Shown here: piece after piece, positions 7,686 through 15,037 of the stretch | How positions within the stretch are numbered: position 1 is the stretch's first letter | How the letters are laid out: every line of letters starts with the position of its first letter | DNA from: Haloferax volcanii DS2 | Lineage (GTDB): Archaea; Halobacteriota; Halobacteria; Halobacteriales; Haloferacaceae | Direction: 5' to 3' | Length of the DNA stretch: 32,000 nucleotides | Assembly (NCBI RefSeq): GCF_000025685.1 | Contig: NC_013967.1 | Coordinates: 750,001-782,000, forward strand | Program-made: the position numbers and the translations under genes | The notes under the pieces: model-generated | What the model saw: only the letters and a program-made list of their open reading frames with translations | Told to the model about the DNA's origin: nothing | The model's database searches: none

Positions 7686-8459
7686 CTATTTCGGCGGGCG
7701 AAGCCGGTAGTAGCGGCGGTTGAGGTTGTACATATACCCCTCACGCATCGTCTTCAACACCGCGTAGGTGATGGTCCCGAAGACGAACGGCAGCAGGAAC
7801 GTCAGGTCGAACAGCAGGTCGACGTTCATGGGCATGAGGTTCTTGATGGCCAGCAGCGAGATGGTGAATGCGAACACCACGCCGAAGACGCCGACTGCGG
7901 ACCAAAACGGCTGTTCGACGGGTCGCCGGGCCGAGCCCTTGTTGAGGAAGGGCACGATGGCGATGAAGCCGACGACGACGCCGTTGGCCAGCACGCCGTA
8001 CGTGCGGTCGGCCATCAGCATCTGATCGCCCAGAATGGCGATTTCGGGGTTGAGCGGACCGAGTTTGAGCAGTCCGAACGACCAGTAGAGATACCAGTCG
8101 GGCAGGATGACTGCCGGCGTGCTCGACGGGTTCGCGGGGCCGCCGATGTGCGGCGGCATCGTCGCCGAGAGGAACAGAATCATCCCGACGAAGAACGACG
8201 CGATAGAGAGGTTGCGGACGGTCTCGTGAGGCCACGTGGGGAACGCGAGCACGTCGCGTTCGACGTAGTCGGACTCCGTGCGGAGGTCCTGGTCTTCGCG
8301 ACGTGCGCGCTCGAAGTACTCGTAGGTGAGCCGAGAGAGGCCGGTCTTGCGAGCCTTGCGCTCGCTCCATGTCGGCGTCTCGTCGTCCGGGGCCACGATG
8401 CCCGCGCCGTCGGATCGAATCTCCTCGTTTTCGGGTTCGTTGTCGCTCATAGTTGTCAC
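7686..8459 (-). CDS. petD: cytochrome b C-terminal half (subunit IV-like) of a bc/b6f-type quinol oxidoreductase
   Basis: Qo-site motif ILPDWYLYW (a PDWY variant of PEWY) and several TM helices. It lies 1 nt downstream of the cytochrome b6-like gene. Confidence 0.85.
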   Translation of the reverse strand: MTTMSDNEPENEEIRSDGAGIVAPDDETPTWSERKARKTGLSRLTYEYFERARREDQDLRTESDYVERDVLAFPTWPHETVRNLSIASFFVGMILFLSATMPPHIGGPANPSSTPAVILPDWYLYWSFGLLKLGPLNPEIAILGDQMLMADRTYGVLANGVVVGFIAIVPFLNKGSARRPVEQPFWSAVGVFGVVFAFTISLLAIKNLMPMNVDLLFDLTFLLPFVFGTITYAVLKTMREGYMYNLNRRYYRLRPPK

Positions 8460-8460
8460 C

Positions 8461-9255
8461 TCAGTGCGGCTCCGCGATGCCCTGCACCCACACGATACCG
8501 ATGTGGATCGCGATGAGCGTCGTCACGACGAACGGGAGCAGGAACACGTGAATGATGTACATACGCTGTAACGTCGACTGGCCCAGCGAGAAGCCACCGA
8601 ACAGGAGCTGTGCGACCCACTCGCCGGCGAGCGGGACCGACAGCGCCATCTCGACGCCGATCTGCCCGGCCCAGAACGCGAGCTGGTCCCACGGCAGGAG
8701 GTATCCGGTGTACCCGAACACCATCGTCAGACTGATGAGGACGATGCCGAGGAGCCAGTTCAGCTCGCGGGGTTCCTTGTACGACCCCGTGAAGTAGACA
8801 CGGAGCATGTGCAGGAAGACGGCCGCGACCATGACCTGCGCCGCCCAGCGGTGGACGGAGCGGAGCATGAAGCCGAACTGCAGGTCGCGCATGATGAACT
8901 CGATACTGTTGTAGGCCGTGGTCGGGTCGCCGGTCGTCGCGGGGGAGTAGTAGAACCCGAGAAGGGCCCCGCTTATCGCCGCGACGACGTACGCGAGCGT
9001 CGAGAACAAGCCCAGTGTGTACAGGGGGTACCAGTACCAGAACTTGTTGTCGAGGTTGTACTGCTCGGTGTGGCTCTTCGGCATCTGGAGGTTGACTCGG
9101 TAGTAGAGCGTCTCCAGAAGCTCTAGATAATCGACGATACGGAGTCGCTTATCCAGCCAGATGAGCGTGGTGAGGAAGGTGGCCTCGACCGGAGTGAGGT
9201 CCTTCTTTTTCATCCAGGCCTTGTGGTCGTAGTCGTCTTTGCGTTCGAGACTCAT
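8461..9255 (-). CDS. petB: cytochrome b6-type (N-terminal half of cytochrome b)
   Basis: Two bis-His heme-ligand pairs. VHRWAAQVMVAAVFLHM has 13 residues between the His; IHVFLLPFVVTTLIAIHI has 14 residues between them, which is b6-type spacing. GYLLPWDQ motif present. No Cys, so no covalent heme ci. Confidence 0.9.
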   Translation of the reverse strand: MSLERKDDYDHKAWMKKKDLTPVEATFLTTLIWLDKRLRIVDYLELLETLYYRVNLQMPKSHTEQYNLDNKFWYWYPLYTLGLFSTLAYVVAAISGALLGFYYSPATTGDPTTAYNSIEFIMRDLQFGFMLRSVHRWAAQVMVAAVFLHMLRVYFTGSYKEPRELNWLLGIVLISLTMVFGYTGYLLPWDQLAFWAGQIGVEMALSVPLAGEWVAQLLFGGFSLGQSTLQRMYIIHVFLLPFVVTTLIAIHIGIVWVQGIAEPH

Positions 9256-9258
9256 TGT

Positions 9259-9648
9259 TTATCGCTTGTAGTAGGGGTACACCGCGCGCTTGACCTGTTC
9301 CCACGCGTCATCGCTGCTGACGGTAACACCGTCGACGTCCTCCTCGCGGACGTAGAGGTCTTCCCACTTGCGACGCCGCTTTTTGACGATCATCACGTCG
9401 GGGAGGAACTCCTTGCGGTACAGCGCGAGGATGAACGCGAGGTCCACGAAGACGACGGCGAGGATGCCGCCGAGGAACATGTTCCCCGTGTCGGTCAGTC
9501 CCCAGCCCGAGACGAAGCCGTACGTGAAGAGGAACACGAACACGACCTCGATGACCGTCAGGAGGACGATTGCGATGGCCGCGGCGGTGCTCTCTCGCGC
9601 CGGTTCGTATCGGTGAATGTCACCGTATGTGCTGCCGGTCGAAGACAT
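9259..9648 (-). CDS. small membrane protein (129 aa) between the halocyanin and cytochrome b genes
   Basis: Three TM helices followed by a charged C-terminal domain (KKRRRKWEDLYVREEDVDG). Its ATG shares one base with the halocyanin TAA (TAATG at 9646-9650). Confidence 0.75.
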   Translation of the reverse strand: MSSTGSTYGDIHRYEPARESTAAAIAIVLLTVIEVVFVFLFTYGFVSGWGLTDTGNMFLGGILAVVFVDLAFILALYRKEFLPDVMIVKKRRRKWEDLYVREEDVDGVTVSSDDAWEQVKRAVYPYYKR

Positions 9649-10286
9649 TATTCGCCACCTCCGGTGTTACCCGTATTTGGGGACTCGCCGTACTTCAAGA
9701 TGAAGAACGTGTAGATGATGGTGACGAGGATGCCCAGAATCGTCGCCGACCCGACCCAGTGGGCCTGAATCGGGACGCCGAGTTCGTGCAGTTCCTTCTC
9801 GCCGCCACCGCCGGTGCTGATAGTCGCCACGTCGTCGCCGACGGCGACCGCGCCGAGCATGCCGAGCGCCTCGTGGGGCACGCAGTGGTACTTCGTGATA
9901 CCACCGCTCTCGAAGGTGTACTCGTAGGTACTTCCGGCCTCGGAGACGGCCGCGCCGGAGTCGAGCGACGCGCCCTCGCTCGCGACGACGTTGTGGCCGC
10001 CGCCTTCGCCGGTCCACTCCCACGTCACGGTCGTGCCGGGGTCGATCCAGATGCCAGCCGGTGCGAACGCAAGGTTACCTCCGTTGCCGGACGCGCCGAC
10101 CTCGATGGTGACTTCGCTCTGACCGCGGAGGTCTTCGTAGCCTCCGTCGACGCCGTCGAGGTAGCCACCGAAGTCGGGTTGAACCTGCGCTCCACCGCCG
10201 CCTTCCTGCGCAGCAGCGGTCCCGGCGGCAGCGGTCGCGGCGGCTGTCGCACCGCCAGCCGTTCGGAGAAACTCCCGCCTTTTCAT
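9648..10286 (-). CDS. halocyanin (type-1 blue copper protein), Tat-exported with a C-terminal membrane anchor
   Basis: Twin-arginine signal MKRREFLRTAGG. Cu ligands are GGGHNV...YHCVPHEALGM (His, Cys, His, Met). C-terminal TM segment is HWVGSATILGILVTIIYTFFILKY. Confidence 0.9.
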   Translation of the reverse strand: MKRREFLRTAGGATAAATAAAGTAAAQEGGGGAQVQPDFGGYLDGVDGGYEDLRGQSEVTIEVGASGNGGNLAFAPAGIWIDPGTTVTWEWTGEGGGHNVVASEGASLDSGAAVSEAGSTYEYTFESGGITKYHCVPHEALGMLGAVAVGDDVATISTGGGGEKELHELGVPIQAHWVGSATILGILVTIIYTFFILKYGESPNTGNTGGGE

Positions 10287-10312
10287 ACGGTCGTTCGTCA
10301 GGTTGGGACGCG

Positions 10313-10318
10313 CTTAAA
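10313..10318 (-). promoter_or_regulatory. putative TATA box (TTTAAG on the minus strand) of the halocyanin/cytochrome b operon
   Basis: Centred about 29 bp upstream of the halocyanin start (10286). It is the only AT-rich element in the 10287-10371 spacer. Confidence 0.4.
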
Positions 10319-10371
10319 CCCACCGACTATGCCGTCACGGAGGGTGTTTGTGAGGTGAGTGTGCGCCGGTC

Positions 10372-11202
10372 TCAGCCCTCAGAACTGAGGGCGTCTCTCT
10401 CGGGGGCCTCGACCAAGGACGCGACGTTCTCGTCCCCGTCGAACGTCGGGACGAACTCGGGGCGCGACCCGCCTTCGAGACCCATGACGCGGAGCCTGTC
10501 TCGGTACTCCTCGGCGCGGAAGCGGTCCGAGAGCCGGGCGTTCGCCACGACGACGAAGAGGAAAAAGCCGATGACGAGAAAGCCCAGACCGGCCAGCGGC
10601 GCGATAATCGAATCGAGGTCGGGGAGGACGAGCCACGCGCCGATGAGCGCGAACCCACCGAGTAGCTGCCCGAACGCGACGATTTGGAGCATTCGGTTGC
10701 CGAAGTCGCCGGTCCCCTGTGCGACCTCTTCGGGTTCGGGGAGCCTGACGGTCTCGGGCGCGTCGTTCACTTCGAAGTCCTCCATCGAACAGAGCGCGAC
10801 GGTCGGTTTCACGTCGCGGAGGACGGTCCCCTCGCCCTCGACGCTCCCGTCCGGGTAGACGACGGCGTAGCCCTCGTCGGAGTACGCGAGAATCCGTGGC
10901 TCGCCGTTTTCCGTCACGCGTTCGAGGACGGCGAACACCTCGCGAATCGCGACGCGGTAGCGGAGTTCCTGTTCGACGCGGTCGAGCAACTCCTCGCCAA
11001 CGACCCACGAATCGGGGTCGAACGCGGCGTCCCACTCTTCGGGGGTCATCTTCGCCATGTCGGCCGGGCCGAAGTTCTCGAAGTCGTACTTGGCTTCGAC
11101 CTCCTCGCGGAGGGCCGCGAGCTCCGCGTCGGACATCGCGGCGTCGGCGTCCGCGTCCGGTGACGAGCCGTCGTCGGCCGGGGCGGAAGACGAGTCTGAC
11201 AT
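10372..11202 (-). CDS. hypothetical protein: acidic cytoplasmic N-domain plus two C-terminal TM helices
   Basis: Start placed at MSDSSSAPADD (ATG 11202). The upstream 202 codons of the 478-aa track ORF are Arg/Pro-rich and run through the divergent promoter region. A TATA-like GTTTAC (minus strand, forward coordinates 11227-11232) sits about 27 bp upstream. Confidence 0.75.
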   Translation of the reverse strand: MSDSSSAPADDGSSPDADADAAMSDAELAALREEVEAKYDFENFGPADMAKMTPEEWDAAFDPDSWVVGEELLDRVEQELRYRVAIREVFAVLERVTENGEPRILAYSDEGYAVVYPDGSVEGEGTVLRDVKPTVALCSMEDFEVNDAPETVRLPEPEEVAQGTGDFGNRMLQIVAFGQLLGGFALIGAWLVLPDLDSIIAPLAGLGFLVIGFFLFVVVANARLSDRFRAEEYRDRLRVMGLEGGSRPEFVPTFDGDENVASLVEAPERDALSSEG

Positions 11203-11303
11203 CGGCCCGGAGTAGGGTCCACGCCGGTAAACGTGTTCCGACCCCGAGCGCGTTCGTCGCGGGCGGTCGGCCACGAGCCGCCCATCGGAAGCGACCGCCC
11301 GCT

Positions 11304-11394
11304 GGTCCGGCGCTCGAACGGAGGTGGTCCGGCGCTCGAATCCCGGCGGTCGCGGCCGACGTTTAGCCTCTGTCGCGTGGTCTAGCGCTCGAAC
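11304..11394. repeat. three copies of a 16-bp direct repeat, GGTC(CG/TA)GCGCTCGAA(C/T)
   Basis: Copies at 11304-11319, 11326-11341 and 11379-11394. The first two are 15/16 identical and 22 bp apart. All lie in the divergent intergenic region between 10372..11202 (-) and 11446..11928 (+). Confidence 0.7.
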
Positions 11395-11414
11395 GGGACG
11401 CGGCGCATCGGTCC

Positions 11415-11420
11415 CTTTAG
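11415..11420 (+). promoter_or_regulatory. putative TATA box (CTTTAG)
   Basis: Centred about 28 bp upstream of ATG 11446. Confidence 0.35.
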
Positions 11421-11445
11421 GCCGACCGGGTTCTAACGCCGTGCG

Positions 11446-11928
11446 ATGGCAGACGAGACGACGCTCGCCACGCTCGCCGCGATTACCGTCACGGCCAGCT
11501 TCCCGTTTTACCTCTACGGCGCGTGGATAATGATCGACGCCGAGACGGTGTCGTGGGACGTGCTCGTCTACCACCTCAAAATCATCTTCCCCGGGCTCGT
11601 GTTGAACACGGTCCCGGTCGTCACGTGGATGCTCCCCCGGCTCTTTCAGCAGCTCAACGGGCTCAGCGCCCTCCACGCGATTCTCGGCCTGCAGGCGTAC
11701 GCGATGCTCATCTTCGCGCTCACGGGAATCGTCCGCATCTTCCAGGCCAAGTGGGAGGCCGACCTCTACCGCGACCCGGACCAGGACGTGTCGCTCGACG
11801 ACCTCCACGAGAACATGGGCGCGTGGCGCGGCCGCCTCCGCGTCGGCGTCTTCGGCTACGTCATCTTCTGGGTGTTCGCGTGGCTGCTCGGCATCTACCG
11901 CTACCTGAGCGGCTACGTGTTCGGCTGA
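11446..11928 (+). CDS. hypothetical integral membrane protein (4 TM)
   Basis: 160-aa ORF with four hydrophobic helices. High GC3. Its stop (TGA 11926-11928) directly abuts the stop of nth. Confidence 0.75.
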   Translation: MADETTLATLAAITVTASFPFYLYGAWIMIDAETVSWDVLVYHLKIIFPGLVLNTVPVVTWMLPRLFQQLNGLSALHAILGLQAYAMLIFALTGIVRIFQAKWEADLYRDPDQDVSLDDLHENMGAWRGRLRVGVFGYVIFWVFAWLLGIYRYLSGYVFG

Positions 11929-12612
11929 TTACCACGCCTCGCCGCTGGCGAGGTCGACGTCGTGGTCGCGCTTCGACGAGGGACAGAGGTCTTCGAGCAC
12001 GCACGCGTCGCAGTCCGGGTTGCGCGCGTCGCAGACGGCCCTCCCGTGGCTGATGAACAGGTGCGTGAACTGCTGCCAGTCTCGCTCAGGGACGACCGGC
12101 ATCAGGTCCTCCTCGATTCGCTCGGGGTACTCCTCCTCTGTCAGGCCGAGGCGGCGCGAGAGCCGCTGGACGTGGGTGTCGACGACGATGCCCTCGACGA
12201 TGTCGTGGCCGTGCTGGAGGACGACGTTCGCGGTCTTCCGGCCGACGCCGGCGAGGTCGGTCAGCGCGGACATGGTGTCCGGAACCTCGCCGTCGTGTTT
12301 CTCGATGATGTCCGCGCAGGCGGAGCGGATGTACTTCGCCTTGTTGTTGTAGTAGGTGATGGAGCTGATGTCGTCGGCCAGCTCCTCTTGGTCGGCGGCG
12401 GCGTAGTCCGCGGCGTCGTCGTACTTCTCGAACAGCTCCGCGGTGACCTTGTTGACGCGCTCGTCGGTACACTGCGCCGAGAGCATGACGGCGATGAGCA
12501 GCTCGAGGCGGTTCGAGTAGGAAAGCGAGATGGTGGTGTCGGGGTACTCCTCGTACAGTCGGTCGAGGACCTCCTCGGCCTGCGCCTCGCGGCTTTCGAG
12601 TGGCGTGCCCAT
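11929..12612 (-). CDS. nth: endonuclease III (DNA-(apurinic/apyrimidinic site) lyase / glycosylase)
   Basis: HhH-GPD motif LAGVGRKTANVVL. C-terminal [4Fe-4S] cluster loop is C-x6-C-x2-C-x5-C (CDARNPDCDACVLEDLC). Confidence 0.92.
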   Translation of the reverse strand: MGTPLESREAQAEEVLDRLYEEYPDTTISLSYSNRLELLIAVMLSAQCTDERVNKVTAELFEKYDDAADYAAADQEELADDISSITYYNNKAKYIRSACADIIEKHDGEVPDTMSALTDLAGVGRKTANVVLQHGHDIVEGIVVDTHVQRLSRRLGLTEEEYPERIEEDLMPVVPERDWQQFTHLFISHGRAVCDARNPDCDACVLEDLCPSSKRDHDVDLASGEAW

Positions 12613-12724
12613 ACCTGTGGGTGCGACCCGGTCGGTTTCAGTCGTTCGGGTTCCGGTGGTCGCCGCGGCGGTCGTCGGAGCCGAACCCAGACGATTTATG
12701 ATTCACGACCGCGACCGACCGAGT

Positions 12725-12859
12725 ATGTCCGCGCTCGAACTCCCCGGCCGACGCGAATCGTGGCTGACCGCGGCCGCGACGCTCGGCGGCTACGGGCTCA
12801 TCCTCACGGCGATGTTCCTCGCGCTGTTCGTCCTGCCGTACGTCGCGTTCGCGGCGTAG
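12725..12859 (+). CDS. small (44 aa) single-TM protein
   Basis: MSALELPGRRESWLTAAATLGGYGLILTAMFLALFVLPYVAFAA. High GC3. A TTTATG element at 12695-12700 sits about 28 bp upstream of ATG 12725. The longer 109-aa track ORF would run back across the nth promoter region. An alternative start is ATG 12698. Confidence 0.45.
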   Translation: MSALELPGRRESWLTAAATLGGYGLILTAMFLALFVLPYVAFAA

Positions 12860-12883
12860 TCACTCGGCGGTCGGCGTCGCGCG

Positions 12884-12888
12884 AAAAA
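12884..12888 (-). terminator. T5 run on the minus strand downstream of panA
   Basis: The minus strand reads CGATTTCGTTTTTCGCG about 50 nt after the panA stop. Oligo-T tracts are the usual archaeal termination signal. Positional inference only. Confidence 0.3.
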
Positions 12889-12938
12889 CGAAATCGAAGG
12901 ACACGGTCCGAAACGGAGCGAACCGCGGCTCGCGTCGG

Positions 12939-14159
12939 TTACGCGAACGCGCGGGAGACTTCGGTCTCGTCCGAGGCTTCCTGCTGAATCTTCTCCCAGG
13001 CGTCGACGAAGTCCTGCATGAATATCTCCGTGCGGTCGTCACGGATGGCGAACATCCCGGCTTCCGTACAGACGGCCTTGATGTCGGCACCGGAGGCGTT
13101 GTCGGCCATCTCGGCGAGTTCGACGAAGTCCACGTCGTCGGAGACGTTCATCTTCCGGGTGTGAATCTGGAAGATTATCTCGCGGCCGTCCTCGTTCGGC
13201 TTGGGCACCTCGATGAGGCGGTCGAACCGACCGGGGCGGAGAATCGCGGGGTCGAGCATGTCGAAGCGGTTGGTCGCCGCGATGATGCGGATGTTGCCGC
13301 GCTCGTCGAAGCCGTCCATCTCGGCGAGTAACTGCATCATCGTGCGCTGGACCTCGGCGTCGCCGGAGGTCTTCGAGTCCGTCCGCTTCGAGGCGATGGC
13401 GTCTATCTCGTCGATGAAGATGACGGCGGGTTCGTTCTCGCGAGCGACTTCGAACAGGTCGCGGACGAGCTTCGCGCCCTCACCGATGAACTTGTGCACC
13501 AGCTCGGAGCCGGCCATCTTGATGAACGAGGCGTTCGTCTGGTTGGCGACGGCCTTGGCGAGCATCGTCTTCCCGGTGCCCGGCGGGCCGTAGAGGAGCA
13601 CGCCCGACGGGGGGTCGATGCCGACCTCAGCGAACATCTCGGGGCGGTCGAGCGGCATCTCGACCGTCTCGCGGACCTCCTGCATCTGCTCTTCGAGGCC
13701 GCCAATGTCCTCGTAGGTCACGTCGGGGCTGTGTTCGACCTGCATCACGCGCGCCCGGACGTCCGTCTCCTTGTCGAGTCGCTTGACGATGGAGAGAGAG
13801 TTGTTCACGGCGACGCGCGCGTCGGGTTCGAGCTCTTCGCGCATCTCGTCGGTCACTTCGGTGAGGGCCTCTTGGTTGTTACCGTGCTGCTTGATGATGA
13901 CCCCCTCGTCGGTGATTTCCTGAACCGTCGCAACGAAGAGCGGCGACTGCTTGAGCTTCTTGTTCTCGTGGGTAAGGCGCTCGAGCTTCTGTTGATACTT
14001 GTTGTTCTCGGCGTTCGTGTCGAGGAGCTTGTCGCGCATCTCCTCGTTCTGCGTTTCGAGAACTTCGAGCCGCTCTTGAAGGGCGGTGATCTTCTCCTGC
14101 TGCGACGCCGAGTCCTTATCGTAGGGGAGATCGACGTCGTCCACAGTATCGGTCATCAT
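12939..14159 (-). CDS. panA: proteasome-activating nucleotidase PAN (AAA+ ATPase)
   Basis: N-terminal coiled coil, OB domain, Walker A GPPGTGKT, Walker B VIFIDEIDA, second region of homology, and a C-terminal hydrophobic-Tyr-X-like tail. 406 aa. Confidence 0.95.
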   Translation of the reverse strand: MMTDTVDDVDLPYDKDSASQQEKITALQERLEVLETQNEEMRDKLLDTNAENNKYQQKLERLTHENKKLKQSPLFVATVQEITDEGVIIKQHGNNQEALTEVTDEMREELEPDARVAVNNSLSIVKRLDKETDVRARVMQVEHSPDVTYEDIGGLEEQMQEVRETVEMPLDRPEMFAEVGIDPPSGVLLYGPPGTGKTMLAKAVANQTNASFIKMAGSELVHKFIGEGAKLVRDLFEVARENEPAVIFIDEIDAIASKRTDSKTSGDAEVQRTMMQLLAEMDGFDERGNIRIIAATNRFDMLDPAILRPGRFDRLIEVPKPNEDGREIIFQIHTRKMNVSDDVDFVELAEMADNASGADIKAVCTEAGMFAIRDDRTEIFMQDFVDAWEKIQQEASDETEVSRAFA

Positions 14160-14290
14160 CCGGCATAGGGTGCAGGTTCATAAGAGGCTTCGGGTGTGTG
14201 AGGGATTCGCCGCCTAGGGGGCGTCTGCCGCCCGGATGACGAGTCTGACGCGTGTCACACAAATTCCCATCAGTAATAAATCTGGATAGC

Positions 14291-14300
14291 AAATATTATC
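14291..14300 (+). promoter_or_regulatory. putative TATA box (AAATATTATC) in an AT-rich divergent promoter region
   Basis: Lies 28-37 bp upstream of ATG 14328, inside the conspicuous AT-rich stretch 14256-14312 between panA and the wHTH gene. Confidence 0.4.
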
Positions 14301-14327
14301 TAATAGCATTGCTTGGTGTATCGTACG

Positions 14328-14597
14328 ATGAGCACTACGGAAGCAGTCGAACGCGAGTCCGAACCCGACGCAGACGACCGCTGGGCGTCGGTTCGGGACA
14401 TGCCCCCGAGCGCCAAGTTGGTCGCGAAGATTCTCGACTACGAGGACACGCTCACCCAGAGCCAAATCGCCGAGGAGTCGCTTCTGCCCCCGCGAACCGT
14501 CCGCTACGCGCTCTCCCGACTGGAAGACGAGGGCGCGGTCGACTCCCGGTTTTCGTTCTCCGACGCGCGCAAGCGCCTCTACACGCTCAACATTTAA
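14328..14597 (+). CDS. small winged-helix (MarR-like) DNA-binding protein, first gene of the mre11-rad50 operon
   Basis: LSPSAKLV..L....LTQSQIAEESLLPPRTVRYALSRLEDEGAV pattern (HTH plus wing). Start placed at ATG 14328; the track used TTG 14313. Confidence 0.8.
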   Translation: MSTTEAVERESEPDADDRWASVRDMPPSAKLVAKILDYEDTLTQSQIAEESLLPPRTVRYALSRLEDEGAVDSRFSFSDARKRLYTLNI

Positions 14598-14623
14598 ATC
14601 CGAACGCGCGGCCACGTCGCCGT

Positions 14624-15037
14624 ATGTCTTCGCCCGCTCCCGACGATGTCGGTCGCGCTCTCTCCGCGCTCGCCGACGCTGACGCCGATACCGGCGACCG
14701 ACCCGAGTCGCGCCCGCCCGCCGCAGTCGTCGCCGAGGCGCGTGACGCCTTCCAATCGCTTTCCGCTGCCGCCCGCTTTCTCTCCGACGGCGGTGAACTG
14801 ACGCTCCGCCGAGCGGTCGGTGAGGCCGCCCGACGCGGACACCACGACTGCGCGCGTCGCGGGCGGTCGCTCCTCGCGGACCTCGACCGACTCCACGTCG
14901 CGCTCGCGGACGCCGGCGCAGCCGAGGCTCCGAACCGGAGTTCTCGCGCCGCCGAGGGGCGACCGCGGGACGCCGACCACTTCCGCTCCGGTCGCACAAC
15001 CGTTTTCAGCGGCGGTGGCGAACCGAGTGATAGATGA
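14624..15037 (+). CDS. hypothetical protein (137 aa), translationally coupled to mre11
   Basis: ATG 14624 lies 26 nt after the wHTH stop. Its TGA overlaps the mre11 ATG (ATGA at 15034-15037). About three quarters of codons end in G/C, and the composition is acidic and Ala-rich. I recognise no motif. Confidence 0.6.
   Translation: MSSPAPDDVGRALSALADADADTGDRPESRPPAAVVAEARDAFQSLSAAARFLSDGGELTLRRAVGEAARRGHHDCARRGRSLLADLDRLHVALADAGAAEAPNRSSRAAEGRPRDADHFRSGRTTVFSGGGEPSDR

Noticed and set aside
6983-10286. Search for a Rieske (CxH...CxxH) or CxxCH heme motif hidden in the small operon proteins or in alternative frames
   Set aside because: None of the six proteins contains the required cysteines. 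The alternative-frame ORFs in this region (for example 9570..10358 +, 9667..10023 -) are Arg-rich shadow ORFs.
11962-12987. 341-aa plus-strand ORF overlapping nth
   Set aside because: It is antisense to endonuclease III, which has HhH and 4Fe-4S motifs, and is Arg/Val/Gly-rich.
14193-14253. 7-bp inverted repeat TGTGTGA...TCACACA, and an 8-mer (GCGTGTCA) shared with the IS terminal repeat
   Set aside because: The arms are short and the spacer is about 46 nt. The 8-mer match to the IS inverted repeat does not extend, and no second inverted copy exists to suggest a MITE. The match is probably chance.
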